From an uncultured Alphaproteobacteria bacterium (lineage in GTDB: Bacteria > Pseudomonadota > Alphaproteobacteria > JALCBB01): a stretch of 64,000 nucleotides of DNA. Positions 58,575-64,000 of the stretch are shown here, one piece after another. Made by a program: the position numbers and the translations under genes. The stretch spans positions 1,758,295 through 1,822,294 of the forward strand of contig OY279575.1 in assembly GCA_958267355.1 (NCBI GenBank), given 5' to 3'. The notes beneath the pieces are model-generated. The model ran no database searches, was not told where the DNA came from, and worked only from the letters and a program-made list of their open reading frames with translations. Each line of letters opens with the position of its first letter. Within the stretch, counting starts at the first letter, position 1.

Positions 58575-59395
58575 GGAATCGCGTGACTGACCCAATAGCG
58601 AATTTGGCAATTGTCTTAGTGCGTCCGCAGTTGGCGCAAAATGTCGGAATGACAGCCCGCGCAATGGCAAACTGTGGTGTTGTGGATCTGCGTCTCGTAA
58701 CTCCGCGATTTGCTTGGCACGATAGGCAAGCACAAGCAGAAGCCCAATCATCAGCTGGACGCAACAGCAAAATCGCCCACAAAGTTCTAAACCAAGCACA
58801 AGTTTTTTCTGACTTACCTAGTGCGCTCGCCGATCTACAACGGGTTTGGGCTACCAGCGCACGGACGCGCGATGTCGCAGTACCGCAAATGGACTTGCAA
58901 GAAGCTATGGCTGAAGTTGTCCTTGCCCAAGAGAAAAACTTGCGAACAGGAATTCTATTTGGTCCCGAACGCACAGGCCTAGACAATGATGAAATGGTTT
59001 TCGCCGAAGCACGGGTTTTTATCCCCTTGGCAGAAGGCGCAACTTCTCTCAACTTGGCACAAGCCGTATTGCTCACCTGCTGGGAGTGGCTACAGGCACA
59101 ACACGCCGCAGAAGCTATACCCCACGCCACACCCGCCACGGAAAGAAGCAGAAGTGCGGGAAGGCGTGAAAGTCCGGCTCGGCGTGAAGTGCTGGACGGG
59201 TTCTTGACCCGATTAGAAACAGAGCTAATCGCCGCCGATTACTATCCGCCAACAGAAACAGCAGAGACAATGCGCCGCAACCTGCGGGCTTTCTTTGCCC
59301 GTAGCCACGCCACAGCACAGGAAATCCAATCGTTAGAGGGAATGCTACGCGCACTTGCAGCACGCCGTGCCCTGCGGAGTAAAAAAACCGATTAA
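58571..59395 (+). CDS. SpoU/TrmH-family RNA 2'-O-methyltransferase (TrmJ-like)
   Basis: LAIVLVRPQLAQNVGMTARAMANCGVVDLRLV..ILFGPERTGLDNDEM..PLAEGATSLNLAQAVLL. Confidence 0.75.
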   Translation: MRNRVTDPIANLAIVLVRPQLAQNVGMTARAMANCGVVDLRLVTPRFAWHDRQAQAEAQSSAGRNSKIAHKVLNQAQVFSDLPSALADLQRVWATSARTRDVAVPQMDLQEAMAEVVLAQEKNLRTGILFGPERTGLDNDEMVFAEARVFIPLAEGATSLNLAQAVLLTCWEWLQAQHAAEAIPHATPATERSRSAGRRESPARREVLDGFLTRLETELIAADYYPPTETAETMRRNLRAFFARSHATAQEIQSLEGMLRALAARRALRSKKTD

Positions 59396-59547
59396 TTCGT
59401 GTTCTTTACGAATCCGCTTTTTTACGAATTCTTTTTTTACGAATTCATTTTTAAAGTAGCGTAAAGACAATTTGTACCAAGCCAAGTCTTCTTCGTCTGT
59501 ATCGTTTAAATTAGTGTCTTTAGCTGTGCCAAGCTTTGCTTGGCTAA

Positions 59548-59637
59548 GTCTTGTACAGACCACACACAGAAAGCTATAGACCACATACAGAAAGCTATAG
59601 ACCACGCATAGAAAGCTATAGACCACACACAGAAAGC
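59548..59637. repeat. 20-bp tandem repeat x4 (CACACACAGAAAGCTATAGAC) flanked by a ~44-bp direct duplication of the tlyC 3' end (59459-59503 and 59635-59679)
   Basis: Direct reading. The upstream copy encodes a pseudo C-terminus (..NDTDEEDLAW vs ..EDDADEEDSA). Confidence 0.8.
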
Positions 59638-59661
59638 AAATCTGCGTAAAGACAATTTGTA

Positions 59662-60981
59662 CTAAGCCGAGTCTTCTTCGTCTGCATCATCTTCAGGCTT
59701 GCGCTTCGTCAAACGCACCTGCGTAATGCTAGTCCCATCAAGAGCCAAAATCGTACAATCAAAATCTAATAAGCGAAAACTTTCCCCCGTTTCAGGCAAG
59801 TGCTTCGCTTCATACAAAATCAATCCCGCCAGAGTAGATGCATCTTCGTCAGGCAAGCGCCAAGCAAAACGCCGATTCAAATCACGCAAACTTGCCTTAC
59901 CCGCAATCCGCCAGCTGTCAGACGACTCTTCAATTACTTCTTCATCGGGGAGTGGATCCACTTCGTCAAAAATATCTCCGACAATTTCTTCCAGCACATC
60001 TTCTAGGCTGACAATACCCAAAGTCTCGCCGTATTCATCTACAACAATCGCCAAATGCTCACGGCGATTGCGAAAGGCTAAAAGCTGAGTATGCAAATCG
60101 GTTGAGTCAGGAACAAACCACGGCGCACGACTCAAACTTTCCGCCGTAGGTGCAGGCTTTTGCTCTGCGCCCGCTTGCGCTTGCTTGACCGTCGCGCTTT
60201 TGGCAAAAAAGCTTAAGACTTCTTTCACCTGCAACACGCCGATGATGTTTTCCGCACCACCTTGATGGACAGGCAAGCGGGCAAAGGTGGAGTCCAGTGC
60301 CACTTGCAAAAGTGCATCGCCCGCCAAATCTGCCGCCACGGTCTTTACCTCCGAGCGGTGAATCATCACTTCTTCAACCGTTAACTCTTGTAAGTCCAAA
60401 ACCGAGTGCAACATAGAGCGGCGATCTTGCTGCTCACCTTCACCGTAGGCTTCTATCGCTCCACGGAGTTCTTGCTCTTCGGCTTGGTCCTGTTCTTCGT
60501 CCGTGCCGTTGTTCTGCCGCCCCAGCAAAGCATGCGCCAGCCAGTGAATCACCGCCACAAACGGACGCGCAATTAAGGTCAAAGCACTCAAAGCAGGTGC
60601 AGCCCGCTTAATAGATCCTTCAGGATTACGCAAAGCATAAAACTTCGGCAAAACTTCGCCAAAGAATGAAATCAATACAGTCATAAGAATTGTCGCCAAA
60701 GCAATTCCCTTGTCACCAAAACGCACCACCAAAAAACCCGCCGCTAGAGAAGTCGCTAGGGTGTTGGTGAGATTATTGCCAAGCAAGATGGCTCCGATTA
60801 CGCGGTCGCGTTTTTCAAGCAAGGGCTCAACGCGGCGGGCGCGTTTGTCTCCTTCCTTGGCTTGGAAGAGTAGGCGGGCACGATTGCTGGCAGTCAGTGC
60901 CGACTCCGAGCCTGAAAGAAAGGCACTGCCGCAGAGCAACAAAAAGATCAGGGCAAGTAGCAGAAAATCACTCATTTTCAA
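59662..60981 (-). CDS. tlyC: HlyC/CorC-family (CNNM, DUF21 + CBS) hemolysin-like transporter TlyC
   Basis: MSDFLLLALIFLLLCGSAFLSGSESALTASNRARL (DUF21), CBS pair, CorC_HlyC C-terminus. Confidence 0.85.
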   Translation of the reverse strand: MKMSDFLLLALIFLLLCGSAFLSGSESALTASNRARLLFQAKEGDKRARRVEPLLEKRDRVIGAILLGNNLTNTLATSLAAGFLVVRFGDKGIALATILMTVLISFFGEVLPKFYALRNPEGSIKRAAPALSALTLIARPFVAVIHWLAHALLGRQNNGTDEEQDQAEEQELRGAIEAYGEGEQQDRRSMLHSVLDLQELTVEEVMIHRSEVKTVAADLAGDALLQVALDSTFARLPVHQGGAENIIGVLQVKEVLSFFAKSATVKQAQAGAEQKPAPTAESLSRAPWFVPDSTDLHTQLLAFRNRREHLAIVVDEYGETLGIVSLEDVLEEIVGDIFDEVDPLPDEEVIEESSDSWRIAGKASLRDLNRRFAWRLPDEDASTLAGLILYEAKHLPETGESFRLLDFDCTILALDGTSITQVRLTKRKPEDDADEEDSA

Positions 60982-60997
60982 TCTGTGTCGTGTCTTA

Positions 60998-61085
60998 GGT
61001 GGGTAAGGGTAGTGCTAGGCAGGTAAGGGTAGTGTTTAGGCAGGTAAGGGTAGTGCTAGGTAGGTAAAGGTGGTGTTTAGGTAGG
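60998..61085. repeat. ~22-bp tandem repeat (GGTAAGGGTAGTGCTAGGCA) x4 between tlyC and aroB
   Basis: Direct reading. Confidence 0.8.
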
Positions 61086-61125
61086 TACAGCTTCGGCTCG
61101 CAAGTTGTCGCGTGGGTAGAAAGGA

Positions 61126-62253
61126 TTAAGCAAGAACTTCACGCACGGCTTGTTGTTCGGCAGTACAGGGGAAAACAGCTTGCCCTATGGCTTGGAGTAA
61201 AACGAAATGTATTTCCCCGCCCGCAGTTTTTTTGTCATAGCGCATTGCCTGTACAATTTTGTCGTGGTGGCTTGCGTCAAGTCCGATATCGCTCAAGGCA
61301 ACAGGAAGACCAAGCCGCTGATTGAGTCGCATTACAGGTTCAGCAATCGCTTGCGCCATTCCAAGGCTTTCAGACAATCGTGCCGCCAAGACCAAACCCA
61401 AGCCCACAGCTTCACCATGCTTCAAGGCTTGGCTATCGTGTCCGAGCGTTGTTTCTAAGGCGTGGGCAAAGGTATGACCCAAGTTTAAAAGCGCACGTTT
61501 GCCCGTTGTATCCCTTGCATCATCCGCCACAATCCGCGCCTTGTGTTGGCAAGACTTCTGCACCGCCACGCCCAAGACTTCAGCAAACGCCGAGTCCTTT
61601 GGATTGCTAAGAATCGCCGCCTTGTCTTCTAGCCAAGCGAAAAAGTCTGCATCAAAGGCAAGTCCATATTTTATGATTTCAGCAAATCCGCATCGCAGTT
61701 CGCGCACAGGCAAGCTGGACAGAACAGACAAATCGCACAGCACCAAACGAGGTGAGTAAAAAGCTCCGATAAGATTTTTTCCGTGGCGCGTATCTATCGC
61801 GGTCTTCCCGCCGACAGATGAATCCACCTGCGCCAATACGCTTGTCGGCACCTGCACCACAGACACACCGCGTAAAAGCAAAGCCCCCGCAAGCCCTGTG
61901 ATATCGCCTACCACTCCACCACCCAAAGCGATGAGTGCATCGCTTCGCTCTATGCCGTTGGCTAAAATTGCATCCGTGAGTGCTTCCAATCGCTGCCACG
62001 ATTTTTCGCTCTCCCCTAGCGGTATCGTGTGCAGAAAAACTTTTGCTCCTGCCGACTCTAAAGACTCCCGTACAGCAGGAGCGTAAAGCGGAGCCAAAGT
62101 CGTATCACTCACAATATGCACAGATCTGGGCAAATCACCCAACGCAGTCGCAATCAACTCCGCCGCTCGCGACAGTAGCCCCGCGCCAATCTGAATTTCA
62201 TAGGGCACAGCCTGCCCATCTGCAACCCGCACAATTTGCACTGCACTCGTCAT
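61126..62253 (-). CDS. aroB: 3-dehydroquinate synthase
   Basis: GGGVVGDITGLAGALLLRGVSVVQVPTSVLAQVDSSVGGKTAID..NLGHTFAHALE. Confidence 0.95.
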   Translation of the reverse strand: MTSAVQIVRVADGQAVPYEIQIGAGLLSRAAELIATALGDLPRSVHIVSDTTLAPLYAPAVRESLESAGAKVFLHTIPLGESEKSWQRLEALTDAILANGIERSDALIALGGGVVGDITGLAGALLLRGVSVVQVPTSVLAQVDSSVGGKTAIDTRHGKNLIGAFYSPRLVLCDLSVLSSLPVRELRCGFAEIIKYGLAFDADFFAWLEDKAAILSNPKDSAFAEVLGVAVQKSCQHKARIVADDARDTTGKRALLNLGHTFAHALETTLGHDSQALKHGEAVGLGLVLAARLSESLGMAQAIAEPVMRLNQRLGLPVALSDIGLDASHHDKIVQAMRYDKKTAGGEIHFVLLQAIGQAVFPCTAEQQAVREVLA

Positions 62254-62317
62254 AGCCGATTAACCATAGCGGATACCATACCGCAAATTCCTGCTACCGA
62301 ATTCTCTAAGCAAGCAG

Positions 62318-62911
62318 TCATAAAGATTTTTCATGCTCCGTAAAAAGTTCTTCCAAAGCATCTAAGGTCTGGGTGTTGTTCGTGTGTCCTGCCGCTAAAC
62401 GATAATTAGCCTGCGCATAGATCGCCTTGCGCTCTTCATACAAACGCTCCAACGCCGCCAAGGGAGTCGCATCCCGCGTCAGCAACGGACGAGTCTTCAC
62501 ATTGCCAAGCCGCTCCGCAATCACCTGCGGAGCAATATCTATCCACACAGAAACCCCATAGCGTTGGATCTGAAGCCGATTGTCTGGATCTAAAAAAGCT
62601 CCGCCACCCAAGGCAATCACCGCCGCTGGACGAATCTGCAACAGCTCCGCCACAGCTTCGCGTTCAGCACGGCGGAATTCAGCTTCTCCATCTTCAGCAA
62701 AGATGCGGTGAATCGGCTTGCCATGCAAACTCGCAACCCGCTTGTCACTATCACGGAAATCACGCCCCGTACGCCGCGCCAAACGCCTGCCCAACGAAGA
62801 CTTACCCGCACCCGAAAGTCCAACCAAAACCCAATGCGGAGCCACAGCAGTAGCGTCTTCAGGCGCACAAGGCGCAGATTGCGGAGAGTCAGGCTCAGGC
62901 ATCACAGGCAA
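62318..62911 (-). CDS. aroK: Shikimate kinase
   Basis: VLVGLSGAGKSSLGRRLARRTGRDFRDSD Walker A. Operonic with aroB. Confidence 0.9.
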   Translation of the reverse strand: MPVMPEPDSPQSAPCAPEDATAVAPHWVLVGLSGAGKSSLGRRLARRTGRDFRDSDKRVASLHGKPIHRIFAEDGEAEFRRAEREAVAELLQIRPAAVIALGGGAFLDPDNRLQIQRYGVSVWIDIAPQVIAERLGNVKTRPLLTRDATPLAALERLYEERKAIYAQANYRLAAGHTNNTQTLDALEELFTEHEKSL

Positions 62912-63049
62912 TTCTGGTCAAATTGGACAAATTCGCCTATTGTGGCAAGGGGTTAGTATCTGATTCGCTCCCCGCAAGGAGCATAAATTAGGGGCTCAAA
63001 AGTGATAGAGATTCCTGAAGAAGGGCACTTTCGCGGACTCCAGCCGCAA

Positions 63050-63400
63050 GAGCGCAAAAACCATAGCAAGCCGCTCGGCAGTAGCCCTAGCCCCAGCCAC
63101 GGCACAAGCCGTAGCCCTAGCAATAGCCCTAGCCGTGGCACAAGCCCTAGCCTTGGCACGAGCCGTGGCAGTAGCAATAGCCCTAGCCACAGGAATAGCC
63201 CTAGCCGTGGAAATAGCCCTAGCATTAGCCCTAATCGCTCTATGAGCCGATTCGCCAGCCGTAGTGGGAGCAACACCACAAGCCACTCCATACGCCGCTC
63301 TACGAGCCGCTCCGTAAGCCACGCCATAAACCACTCTGTAAGCCACGCCATAAGCCGCTCCGTAAGCCAGAGCGGTAGCCCGCTCGCCACAGACCAAGCC
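63050..63400. repeat. Tandem 18-24-bp repeats (AGCCCTAGCCGTGGCACA / CGCTCCGTAAGCCACGCCATAA). The + frame reads as an SR/SPS-rich low-complexity 189-aa ORF (63002..63571) ending in a TM segment.
   Basis: Direct reading. Coding status unresolved. Confidence 0.6.
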
Positions 63401-63567
63401 CGAGGCAAAGCCCGCTCCAGAAGGCAAGGGAAAGTCCTAGCCTGGGCACTAGTACTCGCCGCCGCACTAGCAGTCTGCTCAGTCGTGCTAGTCGTGCTGT
63501 GGAGCCTTGAACTCCCACCACCCACCGCCGATGTGGAAATCGAAATCCCTACCTCACGGTTCGGTCA

Positions 63568-64000
63568 GTGACCCAAATAACATTGACTCCACAGCGTGAA
63601 ACCACACGCCGAGCCTTTAAACAATTTCTTCCAGCACACGCCCCGCTGGCACGCCGCGCAACGCTTCGCATAGCACTTTGCATAGCACTGTGCGCAAGTC
63701 TGCTCTATGTAGCTCTGCTTTACACGACTCTGCCCCGCACGACTCTACCCCGCACAACTCTAGTAGCAGAACCACGCAACTTGCTTGTCCAAATCGCCCA
63801 CGCCCAAGAAGAGCCCATCGCACCCGAAAGCACCACTCCCGAAAGCGATGCACCCGAAAGCGATCTATCCGAAGGTGATGCACCCGAAACCACCACTCGC
63901 GAAAGTGATGCACCCGAAAGCGTTGACGAAATACCGCTGGAAGAAGAAGCCGTAATCCAACTCTTCCCCGCCGATGACCTGCTAAACGACGAGCCACAAG
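63568..64000 (+). CDS. Possible partial gene (runs off the window) for a signal-anchored acidic repeat protein (..LRIALCIALCASLLYVALLY..AHAQEEPIAPESTTPESDAPESDLSEGDAPE..)
   Basis: Open frame 1 from a GTG at ~63568 to the window end. Hydrophobic segment then 15-bp repeats encoding DAPES units. Confidence 0.3.
   Translation, partial: MTQITLTPQRETTRRAFKQFLPAHAPLARRATLRIALCIALCASLLYVALLYTTLPRTTLPRTTLVAEPRNLLVQIAHAQEEPIAPESTTPESDAPESDLSEGDAPETTTRESDAPESVDEIPLEEEAVIQLFPADDLLNDEPQ

Overview
This is a high-GC chromosomal segment that looks alphaproteobacterial. The evidence is a DUF1013 gene, a divergent rpsU/COQ9-family pair, irr next to fabA-fabB-fabI, and the conserved order tsaB-fur-miaB-phoH-ybeY-corC-lnt-HTH-metK-trmB followed by rimP-nusA-ylxR-infB-rbfA-truB-rpsO-pnp. 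The first ~15 kb differs from the core. It holds a cluster of at least five genes whose products have type IV prepilin-like N-termini (Gly-x-T/S-L/M/I-x-Glu cleavage/methylation motif). Two are pilin-sized with C-terminal Cys pairs, plus a truncated paralog at the window edge. Three are giant (496-923 aa). They are followed by a 604-aa signal-anchored protein and a 699-aa double-TM 'Bat-like' membrane protein. Between the pilin genes sits a GNAT/DUF1778-type toxin-antitoxin pair flanked by copies of a hairpin-rich repeat family (elements 'A' and 'B'). That repeat family reappears at the 3' ends of ubiB and irr. The second striking feature is that short tandem repeats (8-70 bp units) occur throughout the window, both in most intergenic regions and in frame inside otherwise conserved housekeeping proteins. 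The housekeeping proteins carrying them are TsaB, Fur, MiaB, PhoH, YbeY, CorC, Lnt, RimP, YlxR, InfB, RbfA, FabI, CimA, Coq7 and DedA. No rRNA, tRNA or CRISPR array was recognised. The repeat arrays examined are plain minisatellites, not CRISPRs. Coordinates of internal starts, repeats and terminators are approximate (a few bp), and many starts are uncertain because the high GC content inflates ORFs.
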